This document shows positions 16,651-26,996 of a stretch of 64,000 nt of DNA, piece by piece (the stretch's first letter is position 1; the number at the start of each line of letters is the position of its first letter). The stretch lies in the IMG/VR virus record IMGVR_UViG_3300047160_003987; one strand, 5' to 3'. Source of the stretch: an uncultured virus (IMG/VR IMGVR_UViG_3300047160_003987) (Duplodnaviria > Heunggongvirae > Uroviricota > Caudoviricetes). The position numbers were made by a program, and so were the translations under genes. Under the pieces are notes generated by a model. The model was not told the DNA's origin. It did not search any database and saw only the letters and a list, made by a program, of their open reading frames with translations.

Positions 16651-17664
16651 TCATCCAATGAGCGCGGGTGCCGGGTAGATCACCTCGACGGTATCGTCGG
16701 TTCCGATCCCTAATGCCACCATCAAGCCCGGGCTTAAGTCTGCCACCCGTCCGGTGTCCTCATGTGGGCCCCAGTCTGCCGGCCATGCCAGAGCCTGCCG
16801 GCCGGTCTTGGGAGAGCGGACAAACGCCCGCAGCGTCGGATCCGCCAGCATGGTCTTGGGTGTAATTTCGTAGTCCCACCGGCAGGCGATATACGGCTTT
16901 GACGGATCGAGGCGCCTGGCAAGCCCAGACGTGCCCGGTGGCTGCTCGTCTAAAAACAGGTGGGGTGCGTCTTCGTATTCGTAAAAAAATGCAAGCCCTT
17001 CGTCCGGGTCCACACCCGTGTCAGCCGGTCCGCCGAACCAGCTGCACTTGCCGACTTCGGTTATGGCCACATTGATCTCTAAACGATCTCGTTCCTTCTC
17101 TCCCGCTTCCGCCACCGTAAGGTCCTTGCCGGCGAGCACTTCCGCGATCGCGAGGCACAGCTCATCGAAATGCTCGTGGTAGAGATCAACGTCAGCCTGC
17201 GAGTCCACAAAGCAAACCTCGATCAGCACTGCTGGGGCTGCCGTATTGTTAAGAAAAAACAGATCATCAGTATGCTTGCCACCGCGGTCTATGAAACCGG
17301 CCGTATAGGCCATCGTCGCCGATAGATCGATCGCGAGCGCATCAGCAGTCGTATAGAAGACCTCACAGCCTTTTGGCTCGTCGGTAGTCTGACCTTCCGG
17401 AAGATAGGCATTGAAATGAACGCTTGCGTCGATGTCATGCGGCCCTTGAGCATTATGAAAGTCAACGATGCGGTTCAGATTTTCCTGTTGATCGTTGCTG
17501 ACATCATCATGGTATGTCACCACGTCGACGCCCAAACGCCTGAGATATTTTGCGACTTCTTCAACAACACGCCGCGCTTCATCAACTTCATCGATGATGC
17601 CCTCGGCGCCGCGGATATGCAGTCCATGACCACTGCTCATCACAATCCGTAATTTGGCATCCAT
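16651..17664 (-). CDS. endolysin: N-acetylmuramoyl-L-alanine amidase (Amidase_3) plus C-terminal DPBB/RlpA-like domain
   Basis: SSGHG...E...SVHFNA...VLIEVCFVD; C-term CSWFGG...ADWGP...RVADLS. Confidence 0.85.
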   Translation of the reverse strand: MDAKLRIVMSSGHGLHIRGAEGIIDEVDEARRVVEEVAKYLRRLGVDVVTYHDDVSNDQQENLNRIVDFHNAQGPHDIDASVHFNAYLPEGQTTDEPKGCEVFYTTADALAIDLSATMAYTAGFIDRGGKHTDDLFFLNNTAAPAVLIEVCFVDSQADVDLYHEHFDELCLAIAEVLAGKDLTVAEAGEKERDRLEINVAITEVGKCSWFGGPADTGVDPDEGLAFFYEYEDAPHLFLDEQPPGTSGLARRLDPSKPYIACRWDYEITPKTMLADPTLRAFVRSPKTGRQALAWPADWGPHEDTGRVADLSPGLMVALGIGTDDTVEVIYPAPALIG

Positions 17665-17705
17665 GCAAACCTGCCTTTCTCATCACGCTTAAGAGGACGG
17701 TGGTT

Positions 17706-18962
17706 CTAATTTCTGGGAAAAGGCGCTGTCGGCACCACAAAACCTGCATCACTGGCATAACGGGCAACGCCTTTGGTGATGCGAACTTCGTCCACATAAC
17801 CTTGGAATGGATATAGACCGGCGGCATCCATTCCAATTGATATCTTGGCGGTGCAATTAGCGAGATTTCTTACCGTCGTTGTGCTGCCGATCATGACGCC
17901 ATCGGAATACATCCGAACCTTTGCTCCATCACAGTCGACAGCAATATGATGCCATGCATTGATGGACGGTGTGCTTGCCGGCGCCGCTATATCAAAATTA
18001 TTATCCGTTACAGCAACCGCTGTATTCCATGAAAGCTGATTAACATTAAACCACAGCACCCAGGCATGCTGATTGCCAAGATGATCCCATTGCGACAGAA
18101 TAAACGAATTTGCAGAACCATAAGCGAGAGGATATATCCAAAGCTCGACCGTGAAATTGCTCGTGCTGAAATACCAGTCATTGCTATCAGGCCACGTTAT
18201 CGCGCCATTACCGCCATTATAAGCATTGAGCGATGCTGTCCCGAACTTTTTGTTGCCTGTGCTGATTACAGCGGTGCCGACCACAGTCGCCGTGCCATGC
18301 ACGCTCGGACTTTCATCAGTCATTCCAGGCGTGGTGGTTGAGCCGTTCACGTCTTCAAAACCCAACAGCAGAACGACATTGCTGATATAGGGATCATGCG
18401 AGCCAAATACACAAAGCCCGATACTTTCATAAGCGAAACACTGACCGCCCGTACCAACATAGAAATATGAATTTGGAGCATTTTCCGATGACATCCAAAC
18501 AGTGGGGACATCGGTAAAAGCAGTGCTCAATTTTCCCGAAACTGTGACATTAAACCCGGTCCCTACTGGGGTTATGGTTGCGGTGCCTACAGCGCCAGTG
18601 CCTAGAGCAGTCGGGCCACTGGCCGTGCCGGCCTGCAAATCAAGCTCGCTATAGAACCCGTAGATCGAACCACCATCTGTTATCCACAGTCTGACATAGC
18701 GGTTATTAGCGCCAGTACCGCGGGCAATCCAAAGTGAGGCCCGTATGCTTGTATTGGCGGTGACATTGACCCCTGTGTACTTGGTATTATGATTCCCATT
18801 AAGGGTATTATCTGCAAATGTGGAAGCAGTCATTGATCCGCTGGCGCCAATCGCATTATTAGGCGTATCTGTTCCCAAATTTACGTTGGGACCCGTAAGC
18901 GTCCGGGGAATACAGACGGGCGCGCCAGATGGCCAGAGCAATGGCTGTGACTGTGGTTGCAT
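17706..18962 (-). CDS. LamG/concanavalin-like tail or receptor-binding protein
   Basis: FTVELWIYP...WHHIAV...GYVDEVRITKGVARY. Confidence 0.85.
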   Translation of the reverse strand: MQPQSQPLLWPSGAPVCIPRTLTGPNVNLGTDTPNNAIGASGSMTASTFADNTLNGNHNTKYTGVNVTANTSIRASLWIARGTGANNRYVRLWITDGGSIYGFYSELDLQAGTASGPTALGTGAVGTATITPVGTGFNVTVSGKLSTAFTDVPTVWMSSENAPNSYFYVGTGGQCFAYESIGLCVFGSHDPYISNVVLLLGFEDVNGSTTTPGMTDESPSVHGTATVVGTAVISTGNKKFGTASLNAYNGGNGAITWPDSNDWYFSTSNFTVELWIYPLAYGSANSFILSQWDHLGNQHAWVLWFNVNQLSWNTAVAVTDNNFDIAAPASTPSINAWHHIAVDCDGAKVRMYSDGVMIGSTTTVRNLANCTAKISIGMDAAGLYPFQGYVDEVRITKGVARYASDAGFVVPTAPFPRN

Positions 18963-19024
18963 TACGTTAGTCCTGTTTCATGCTTCGTCAAATTCGCGGG
19001 CCTTTCGCCATTCAATGTTTATGG

Positions 19025-19867
19025 TCATGAAAGATTTGTACCAGATATGATCCAGGCCGTCGTATCGGTCTTCAGCGCCGTGCAACAGCCATATTGCGCC
19101 AATGTGCGCGAGCCCGTGGTGCCCGCACCCGCGAGATACATGGTGTCACTGGCAATGGCGATCGTCAGAGCATTGGCGCTCAGGTTCACGAACGATATGA
19201 CCGTGCCAAGCGTATAGGCCACACTAGCATTAGCTGCGATGGTGAATGTCCTGGCATTGGCGTCACTAGCCGGATGATAAATGAACTTGCCGGCGTCGCT
19301 CAGCACAGTCGTATAATTGGCGCTATTGGAATTCTCAGGAATAATGCCGGGCGTCCCAATAGCTGTGGTGACAAACGCCGTCGTCGCGATCTGCGTCGTG
19401 CTGGTCCCGACCGTTGCTGTTGGCGCAGTAGGCACACCGGTTAGCGCCGGAGAAGCCAAAGTCGCATAACTCTGATTGACAGCCGCGGTCACCAACCCCT
19501 TGCCGTTGACGGTGATGCCTTGAAACGTGCCGATATTGGAATTGACCGTTGCGAGGGTCGTGGTGATTGTAGCCGCGCCAGCGCCAGTGACATCGCCAGA
19601 TAGCGTTATTGATGTCCCAGTCGCAGCCAGCACATTCGCCCAAGTCGCATTGATCCTGCCATAGATCGTCCCATCAGACGGCGCATCGGCAAGACCACCA
19701 CCGCCACCGCCCCCCGACGCCGCCGCCAATTGATCGATGGCATCCTGCACATTCGTCGCAGTGAGCGTACCGCCACCGGACAATGGCACGCCTTGATCCG
19801 CACGAACATTCCGAGCTGGACCATCGGTTGATCGCAATGACTGCTCGCTATCGATCACCGGCATCAC
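19025..19867 (-). CDS. tail fibre protein
   Basis: ATNVQDAID, DAPSDGTIYGR, SPALTGVPTAPT, TQIATTAFV motifs. Confidence 0.8.
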   Translation of the reverse strand: MMPVIDSEQSLRSTDGPARNVRADQGVPLSGGGTLTATNVQDAIDQLAAASGGGGGGGLADAPSDGTIYGRINATWANVLAATGTSITLSGDVTGAGAATITTTLATVNSNIGTFQGITVNGKGLVTAAVNQSYATLASPALTGVPTAPTATVGTSTTQIATTAFVTTAIGTPGIIPENSNSANYTTVLSDAGKFIYHPASDANARTFTIAANASVAYTLGTVISFVNLSANALTIAIASDTMYLAGAGTTGSRTLAQYGCCTALKTDTTAWIISGTNLS

Positions 19868-20967
19868 AACACCCTGATGATGTAGTTCACGCCAACCGTC
19901 GGCTGCACGATCGGATGAAAAGTACTGCTGCCGGCATCGTATGTATTGCTGTTTCCATTTGCGCCGCCATTGACTAGAACACCGGTCGTGCTGCTGCCCG
20001 TGGTTCCGCCAGTCGGTGAATTGTTGATCGTATAGTAACCAGTGACATCGGTCGTAGCGATCCCAACTGCCGGAAAATAGTTATAGGTATGAGTATGACC
20101 AGGATCGTATATGTCGGCCCTATGGTGATGTGCCGCCAGTTCTGCCACAGTCAGCTGATGGCTTTCGCTGCCGTTTGCGCAACTGGCACCGACCACTGTC
20201 ATCGCCGTTCCGCATCCAGTCGAAGCAGACGTCAGCCTGCCAGCTGCAGAGCTACCCGGCATGGTGTCGAGCCCGGCAATAACGCGCCCGCGAAGATCGA
20301 TCACCTGAAATAGACCGGCCGAACAGATACCCGGTGCCGGGCTGCCGATCAGGGCCCAATAGGTCGCGTAAGTCGTAGTCGAGATGCACTGACCATTGGC
20401 GAAAACATAGCCAGCTGGCGCCACCGTGCCTGTATACGCAATGACGCTACCGAGCGGCGTACCGCCACCGCCGCCGCTGCGCACGATCCACGAACTGCTT
20501 GCCGCCTGATATAACATGATCGTCGGCACGCCAGCCGATACAGTAGCTGGGCTGCCGGGCGATGAGACAATCGCCTTCGCCGCTCCTCCATCAGCCGCAA
20601 GCGTCGGGCTTCCAGAGCTATTGACGTTGAACGTGACGCCAATAACCATCCCGTCATTCGGTGGATCTGGAAAACCTTGATTGGTCGTAACGGCAAAAGC
20701 GGTCGGGCCGCCAGTCGTCTTTAATGCGCCAGAGGTATCGGCCGCCTGTTCGGCTAGCCGCGCCATCATCGCGCGGGCGCTGTCGTTCACGACCGATGGC
20801 GGCATTCCTTCTATGAACGATATCGATGGATCAGAATTCCCGTTCTGGGAGGCTGTCATACTCCATTGCCAGAAAGCTGCGCGCGCCTGCTCGATCCCAT
20901 ATTGCATGCTCAGCGAGACCGCAGCGATCAAACTGATAAGACCGAGAGCCTTAAGCATCCGCTTCAT
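19864..20967 (-). CDS. tail fibre with phage tail-collar domain
   Basis: PLGSVIAY...APAGYVFANGQ...DLRGRVIAG...HPIVQPTVGVNYII. Confidence 0.85.
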   Translation of the reverse strand: MKRMLKALGLISLIAAVSLSMQYGIEQARAAFWQWSMTASQNGNSDPSISFIEGMPPSVVNDSARAMMARLAEQAADTSGALKTTGGPTAFAVTTNQGFPDPPNDGMVIGVTFNVNSSGSPTLAADGGAAKAIVSSPGSPATVSAGVPTIMLYQAASSSWIVRSGGGGGTPLGSVIAYTGTVAPAGYVFANGQCISTTTYATYWALIGSPAPGICSAGLFQVIDLRGRVIAGLDTMPGSSAAGRLTSASTGCGTAMTVVGASCANGSESHQLTVAELAAHHHRADIYDPGHTHTYNYFPAVGIATTDVTGYYTINNSPTGGTTGSSTTGVLVNGGANGNSNTYDAGSSTFHPIVQPTVGVNYIIRVL

Positions 20968-21791
20968 GTCGCTTGCTCCGGTGGTGATGGCGGCGTGAGA
21001 CCGAGGGTGCGGTTCATCATCGCCTGTGACAACATCCGAGCCCGCATCATCGCAGGCGTCATCATTGGCTGTATGGGCGCCATCGGTGGCAATGAGGGTG
21101 GGGCATTGGCCTGTTCCTGCTGAGCGATCCTGTCTTGTATGTCTTTCATCTGGCCCGCAACATCAGGTCCCTGTGGCTGCTGTGTACCATCCTCGGTCTG
21201 ATCGGTCGACTCTGCTTCTGCGACGGCCCCCGGCTGTCCCGGCTGTGCTGTGGCATAGCCTCCTGATGGCGACATGCCACGCGTGCCAGCAACAGACTGG
21301 AACGGCGCCATAGCCTGACCGCCCATTCGCGCCACCTTGTCTTCCATATTCCGTCGCCAACCCTCCTCAAACGACTGCGGCGTCTGCAACGAAGCTTTCA
21401 TATTCTTCTCAAACGGGTTGCCGGCAATATTCGACATCTGCCCCTTAGTATAAAACCCTGCGCCCTGCTGATGCATCATGTAGGTCTCGATCGGCGTCGG
21501 ATCGCGACCGAAATGAGCCCTGAACTCGGCGGCATTGGCTTGCGCATAGCGCGCGGCCGCCATCGCATTGTCCATCGGGTTGTAGATGTCGCCTTGGCCA
21601 TGATCATGCCATACACCGTGGCCAAGCTGGTACAGGCCTTTGAATTGCGTGGCATTGCGCATGTTACTAAACGGGTTTACGCCGCTCTCGATCTGGGCAA
21701 CAGCGCGCCAATGTGCCGGATCCATCCCAGCTATGGCAGCCGTCCTGTTGATCGCGTCATCCACACTCGAATAACCCTGAGCATCATCCAT
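20964..21791 (-). CDS. virion-associated lytic transglycosylase (SLT-like)
   Basis: AQIESG, GLYQL, NPMDNAMAAARY, YMMHQQG. Confidence 0.75.
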   Translation of the reverse strand: MDDAQGYSSVDDAINRTAAIAGMDPAHWRAVAQIESGVNPFSNMRNATQFKGLYQLGHGVWHDHGQGDIYNPMDNAMAAARYAQANAAEFRAHFGRDPTPIETYMMHQQGAGFYTKGQMSNIAGNPFEKNMKASLQTPQSFEEGWRRNMEDKVARMGGQAMAPFQSVAGTRGMSPSGGYATAQPGQPGAVAEAESTDQTEDGTQQPQGPDVAGQMKDIQDRIAQQEQANAPPSLPPMAPIQPMMTPAMMRARMLSQAMMNRTLGLTPPSPPEQAT

Positions 21792-21967
21792 GATCGTCCG
21801 CCTCGTCTTTATCGTCTATCTGCTCGTCATTATCGGCGTCATTCATTTGTGGCATCGCTTCACGGTGTGGTTTGTTAGAGAAGAAGGCATTGTGCCCGGT
21901 CTCTTTCTCTGTGCTGCGCTCCTTCTGATCGCATGCCTGCCTTATTGGAATGCGAACGACTGATACC

Positions 21968-24589
21968 CTACTGGGATGACTGATCATCCTGCCGCGTCAA
22001 TTGCGGGAACGTCATCGCACCTATCTTGCCAGGATAATATGCGCCCTGCCGTGGAAAAGGTGCACGCTGGCCCAAGAACAAGTCCTTTGCACGCCGCGTT
22101 TGCCGCCACGTCGCGAGCTTATCAATAGCCTCCGAAGCCGCATGGCCCGCGCTATAGTGAGCCCCGATGCCGATCAAGCCATGCCCGAGCCCCAAACCAG
22201 TGATCGCCATCTTGATCAAATTCTTCGTCATGCCTCTCGCAGTTTCCATGTTCTCATAACCCGAACGCGAATAGTTCACGGTGCCTTTCACAGGAACTAT
22301 CCGTCGATGCGCCTCACCGATCGACTTAAGCACCAGCTTCTCATTGGGTGTCAGCATCTTGTCGGCAAGATCAGTGTCGAGAAAATTACCGATATTGTTA
22401 GCGATCTTCTGATGACCCCATTTGGTAGTACCCTCGACTTCTTTAGTAACCTCCAATAGCTTGGCGAGCTTGAGCCTCGCCCATGTGTCGGCATTGCCGC
22501 TGTTGACCAATGCATCCCGCAACGCTTCTGCGACTTTCCCGCCACCCGCTTTATCCAGCGTCGCCAGCAGCTGCTCGCCCGTCATGCGCACGCCACCAAT
22601 CCGACCCGTCAGCTTGCCAATGATATGCTCAGGCGTATCCTTGACCGGATCGATGTCCGCAACCCTGCGCAGGTCGCTGGCATGCTGCCGCAGCCGCGTC
22701 TGCTGGCCCTGATCGTACACCGCATCCGCCAACTGCCGGTGAGACAGCATCTTCTCGATCCGCTGCGCCTGCTGCACAAACGGCACCGGCTTGCCACCGG
22801 CCGGCGTTTCAGTCAGATGCTTGATCATGCCACTTTTGATCTCCCCCCATTCCGGACTGTTGGCGCCGAACACCCGATCACGCAAGTGGTTCAGGATCGG
22901 CACCGCATTGCTGGCGAACGGGTTGTCAGGCGTGCCAAACAATGTGCTGACGATCTTTTCCGGCTGCATTTCCTGACCAGGGTATTTGCCGATCACATTT
23001 TCCATAAACTTGCCGACAACATCGCCCGTTCCCTTTCGCGAGAATGTCTCGCGTTCTTGTGCATGAGCCGCCCGCGCCGCTTGCAGGGACGATAGGATGT
23101 CATCTGCATTGCCTGTAAGCAGACCACCGTCAGTCGTTGTCCTTTCCAACCAATTCTGAAATTCGTCTGTAATGCGACCAACCGCGCGCGCATCCGTGTA
23201 AACGCCGCTCGATCGTGCCTCCGCATTAGCCAACCGCCGATAGATCACTAGTTCCTTGAGGATATTGTTCATATCGTCTGGTGTGATCGCCCGCGGTGGA
23301 GGCTGCCCTGGAGCCCGAGCCTCGTTCGTAAAGCGAAGACGTCCAACCTCGTCATCGATCATCTTCAAAGCAGCAGAGCCATACTTTGTCGTAAGGGGAT
23401 CAAGCCTAACCCGGTCTGCACCAGGAGCCGTATCCAATGCCGTACGAAGTTCATTGCCGACACTGACCAACCTGCTTGGATCATAGCTGCCTGGCTGCCT
23501 ACGGAAGTAGTCATAGGCGCGGTTGGTGGCATCCCGCGCAGTCCTGAACAGTCCGCGAATGCCTCCGCTAACCGTATCGCCGACGTCCCGAGCCGCCGTC
23601 GCCGCAGGCGCTGCACCACCGACCGCCGCCGCAGGCGCTGCACCGCCAACATCTCGGATCAGCTGCTCGGTCTGCTGCTGAGCCGCGCCGGCGCGCGCAG
23701 CCTCGGCTGCTGCCCGCTGGTCCTCCATCTGCCCGATGTCGAAAGCCGCCCTGTTGCCAGCCTGCAGCGGCGTCATGCCGGCCGATCGCCCCGAGGGATC
23801 GATATAGTCGTGAAGGGTCTGATGCGCGGCCTTCATGGCCGCGTCGGTCTGCGCTTCAGCATCCGTCGCGGTCGGCACCTGCGTGCCGATCATCCTCTGC
23901 TCTTCGGCGCTGGTCGCCGGGTTTTGCGTAACCACTGACTCACGAACCGGTATGTTCTGTATCTCTCCAGTCGGCGTTGTGACCGGGATCGTGTTGGGGG
24001 CGCGCGGCCGCGGCACCCACATTCTTCGCGCGGCATCCCAGATATGCCCGGCTGCCTTGCCGATCAGCACGCCGCCTACCCCGCCACCTAAGCCCCTGAG
24101 CGCCCCTTCCTTGGGGTCCTCACCGCGCAGATAGGCGTCAACAGCGCCTATGGCAGCATTAGAAGCCCCACCCATAATTGACGCGGGGACAACATCGCCA
24201 GTCATCCCGAGCAGCCTGGCAGGCCCTGCAAACTCGCCAGCAAACATGTACGGGAGCGAACCGATAGCAGCGCCTTCCACCTTGCTCCTGATGGGATGCG
24301 CCTGCCGGTAAGCATCAATGCCAGCCCGTATCTGCGCCAGGTTCTGAGCCTGCGTGCCACCCTTAGCTTTGGTTCGAAGCCACGCTGCAGCTGGAGCGGC
24401 ATAGGCGCCGATCCCCGGCAGATCTTCTGCCGCGGAGATCGCCGAATAGTTGCTTCCATCGCCCTGATCTGGAGCCGGAGCCTGCGTGCCGGCATAGTGT
24501 TGAGACATCGCCGAACTAATAGTGTCCTGCGGCGTGTCATCCGGAAAATTGAACTTCGACTGATCTGGCCCAATGATAGTGATGGTCAT
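21968..24589 (-). CDS. putative internal/ejection virion protein
   Basis: Large helical Ala/Gly-rich ORF in the post-tail position; ATGA-coupled start MTITIIGPD. Confidence 0.65.
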   Translation of the reverse strand: MTITIIGPDQSKFNFPDDTPQDTISSAMSQHYAGTQAPAPDQGDGSNYSAISAAEDLPGIGAYAAPAAAWLRTKAKGGTQAQNLAQIRAGIDAYRQAHPIRSKVEGAAIGSLPYMFAGEFAGPARLLGMTGDVVPASIMGGASNAAIGAVDAYLRGEDPKEGALRGLGGGVGGVLIGKAAGHIWDAARRMWVPRPRAPNTIPVTTPTGEIQNIPVRESVVTQNPATSAEEQRMIGTQVPTATDAEAQTDAAMKAAHQTLHDYIDPSGRSAGMTPLQAGNRAAFDIGQMEDQRAAAEAARAGAAQQQTEQLIRDVGGAAPAAAVGGAAPAATAARDVGDTVSGGIRGLFRTARDATNRAYDYFRRQPGSYDPSRLVSVGNELRTALDTAPGADRVRLDPLTTKYGSAALKMIDDEVGRLRFTNEARAPGQPPPRAITPDDMNNILKELVIYRRLANAEARSSGVYTDARAVGRITDEFQNWLERTTTDGGLLTGNADDILSSLQAARAAHAQERETFSRKGTGDVVGKFMENVIGKYPGQEMQPEKIVSTLFGTPDNPFASNAVPILNHLRDRVFGANSPEWGEIKSGMIKHLTETPAGGKPVPFVQQAQRIEKMLSHRQLADAVYDQGQQTRLRQHASDLRRVADIDPVKDTPEHIIGKLTGRIGGVRMTGEQLLATLDKAGGGKVAEALRDALVNSGNADTWARLKLAKLLEVTKEVEGTTKWGHQKIANNIGNFLDTDLADKMLTPNEKLVLKSIGEAHRRIVPVKGTVNYSRSGYENMETARGMTKNLIKMAITGLGLGHGLIGIGAHYSAGHAASEAIDKLATWRQTRRAKDLFLGQRAPFPRQGAYYPGKIGAMTFPQLTRQDDQSSQ

Positions 24590-26943
24590 TGTGTAAATCT
24601 CTTGGTAGTCGGATCCCAATTATAAGTGCTGCCCGGCTTCACCACCTGTATTCCTCTTGCAGCCGCGTCAGCCTTAGCTGCCTCTTCGTGCATCTTGTCT
24701 CCTCCAACCATCCGGTCGACCTTCTTGCCGGTCTTTAGCCCCTCGATAACATCCTCAATATGCGCAATTTGCGCCCGCTCCTTGTCAGTCACGAAATTCG
24801 CGCCTTTCGGCCAGTAGCGGGGATCATCCCCATATTTTCGGTCGCGATCGGCTTCAGTCTCTTCGAGACCACCCTTCAAAAGGTCAAGCATACCCTCCAG
24901 GGAGCCGGCTGCTCCCTGCCTCGACTGGAAGATATCAGAAAGATATCCCTTCATCATCGCACGCTCATGGACACCGCCCGACCTCGTGCCTGACGTGAGC
25001 GCACCGACTTCGCCCGTAAGGCCCTGACCGGTTACACCGACCCTATGCTCAAGGCCTTCCATCTCGCTGCTTTCCGCTTTCAGCCTGTTAAGACCATGAG
25101 CCACCCTCTTCCAAGGGAAGCCGGACAAATGCGCATCCATCATATCGTCAGCAATGCTGACAAAGTGATCCAAGCCCTGCCCCAAACTGAAAGCTCTCAG
25201 ACCGGCGCCTTTTGTTGTGCCACCAAGCTCACTTTCATAGGCTTTGCGAGCGTTGATGGCGACAGGATCATATTGTTGACCGATGCCGGCGCCATATAGG
25301 CGAGCAAATGACTCAATACCCTTGCCATACGCCTGACGTCCCGCAGGGTTGAACATTCCAGCTAGAGCGGCTTTTATGTCACTCTGCACAACAGGTGAAA
25401 ATTGGTTGAGAAATTCATCGGCAACCTTGTTCTGATCAAAGTTCTGCTCGTTATATCCCGGTGCGAAGAAACCAAACCCAGTGCCACCAAAAGACCGTGG
25501 CGCATTTTGATCTCCCAGCTGTTGTGGCTGGCCGCCCGTTTGCTGAATGTTGCTTCCCGCAGGAGCATTGGGCAGGGTTGGTCCAGTAGGCGACGGAGCG
25601 CCACTACCAGTGCCACCACCCCCGCCTCCACCGACACCACCGCGACTACCCGGTCCCTCGTCGAGATAGAAATGATCTGCCGGGTTCTGCGGATCAACCA
25701 TTATTACTCGTTTGGTCGGGCCAAACATACCAGGCTGCTCGACTTCCACCTTCTCATACTTAGTCGGGCTTGCAAACTTCGTCATCAACGAGTCAAAAAG
25801 CTTCGGGTTGGTTGCGCCAGCCAGAGCAAGGTTGTGAGCCTGCTGCGGATCCATGCCGCTGTTCTGCAGCGAAGAGAGCAGCGCGTTGTAGCTTGCTTGC
25901 ATGCCGCCCTGCTGCTGCTGCATCGCGATGTCTTGCTGGATCGCCGGGATCGAATAAGCAGCCGCTCGCCCGATGCCCTGATGCAGGCCTGGCGCCCCCG
26001 ACATACCGGCGCTGATCGCCAACAGCTGGTTCTGGTGCTTACTTAACCAGTCGCCAATGCCGCCAAGAATGCCAGCTGCATTGAACGGAGACTGTGGAGC
26101 AGACTGATCCGACATAACCGTCTGCCGCGCAGCAGGCGAGACCGCCGACGGAGGCTGACCAGTCGTCGTCGGGGTGATAGTAAGAGGAGCACCAGGCGCA
26201 GTATGCGGATCATGTACGCCCAGCCGCTCGCCTTCCGTTATGTCCCCGGTCGAGCCATCGACCTCGCGAGATGATCCCGCCACACCTTCCGGTCCCAGCT
26301 GAGAAGTCTGCTGCTCAGGCTGCCCTCCTACTACACCTTCCGGTCCCATCTGAGATGTAGCAGCTGTTGCAGGTGTCGATGGCAACAGCCCTGCACTGGG
26401 CGACCAGAAAATATTTTGCCCAGGCTTCGCTTCGGAAAACGCTTTCAGGTTCTCTCCGATCTTACGGAAAGGCTGACTTTCACCGATCCTGCGCAGAACC
26501 GCGCTATCACTTGTCTCATCAGGAGAATAAATACCGAGAGGGTTACGATCCACTGGCGGCAAGGATGGCCAAGACAAGGAACGCTTGTCTGTCTCCTCCG
26601 GCCTTAATTCAGTCGGTGTTTGTATAGGAAGATCCGGAGGCCGCCGCGGTGGGTACGGCTGCGCTGTGTTAAAACCCTGCAAGTTTGCACCGAGCGTTGC
26701 AACACCTCTCCTAAGCGGCGGCACCCATGGCGACCCACCCACCTCGCCTTGGCTCAAATTGGTCGACGTCTGCTGTGGCAAGGGGGGAGATATTACTTGC
26801 GGGGGAGGATATGGTGTATTGAAACTCTGCAGGTTTCTGCCGAGCCCGGTCACGACAGGGTTCGGACCCATCTCATCCGGGCTATAGGTGCCCAATGGGT
26901 TATAATACATCCGGTTGAGAAGGTTCTCCAGATAGTTGGCCAC
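24586..26943 (-). CDS. putative internal/ejection virion protein
   Basis: GGAGG plus GTG start at 26943; Pro/Gln/Gly-rich N-half with internal repeats (NPLG.YSPDE; LG.NLQ.FNT). Confidence 0.65.
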   Translation of the reverse strand: MANYLENLLNRMYYNPLGTYSPDEMGPNPVVTGLGRNLQSFNTPYPPPQVISPPLPQQTSTNLSQGEVGGSPWVPPLRRGVATLGANLQGFNTAQPYPPRRPPDLPIQTPTELRPEETDKRSLSWPSLPPVDRNPLGIYSPDETSDSAVLRRIGESQPFRKIGENLKAFSEAKPGQNIFWSPSAGLLPSTPATAATSQMGPEGVVGGQPEQQTSQLGPEGVAGSSREVDGSTGDITEGERLGVHDPHTAPGAPLTITPTTTGQPPSAVSPAARQTVMSDQSAPQSPFNAAGILGGIGDWLSKHQNQLLAISAGMSGAPGLHQGIGRAAAYSIPAIQQDIAMQQQQGGMQASYNALLSSLQNSGMDPQQAHNLALAGATNPKLFDSLMTKFASPTKYEKVEVEQPGMFGPTKRVIMVDPQNPADHFYLDEGPGSRGGVGGGGGGGTGSGAPSPTGPTLPNAPAGSNIQQTGGQPQQLGDQNAPRSFGGTGFGFFAPGYNEQNFDQNKVADEFLNQFSPVVQSDIKAALAGMFNPAGRQAYGKGIESFARLYGAGIGQQYDPVAINARKAYESELGGTTKGAGLRAFSLGQGLDHFVSIADDMMDAHLSGFPWKRVAHGLNRLKAESSEMEGLEHRVGVTGQGLTGEVGALTSGTRSGGVHERAMMKGYLSDIFQSRQGAAGSLEGMLDLLKGGLEETEADRDRKYGDDPRYWPKGANFVTDKERAQIAHIEDVIEGLKTGKKVDRMVGGDKMHEEAAKADAAARGIQVVKPGSTYNWDPTTKRFTQ

Positions 26944-26944
26944 G

Positions 26945-26996
26945 TCAGCCTCCAAAACCCTGTGTCCCGGTTAACCTCCGAAACCCTGTGATCCGG
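26945..26996 (-). repeat. diverged 26-nt tandem duplication of a gene 3' end
   Basis: GGA TCA CAG GGT TTC GGA GGT TAA then GGG ACA CAG GGT TTT GGA GGC TGA (GSQGFGG*/GTQGFGG*). Confidence 0.85.

Noticed and set aside
18680..18688. Fifth perfect TTATCCACA
   Set aside because: Lies inside the LamG gene (LWIT codons), lacks the full 12-mer and has no promoter, hairpin or leader module; probably chance.
18962..19024. Possible orphan gene end (ACA GGA CTA ACG TAA, TGLT*) after the fibre gene ending GTNLS*
   Set aside because: DNA similarity is too low to count as an echo without homologue alignment.
21942..21993. Possible degenerate 26-nt echo after CDS 21968..24589 (CATCCCAGTAG / CATTCCAATAA)
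   Set aside because: Only the last ~11 nt resemble each other; not distinguishable from chance.
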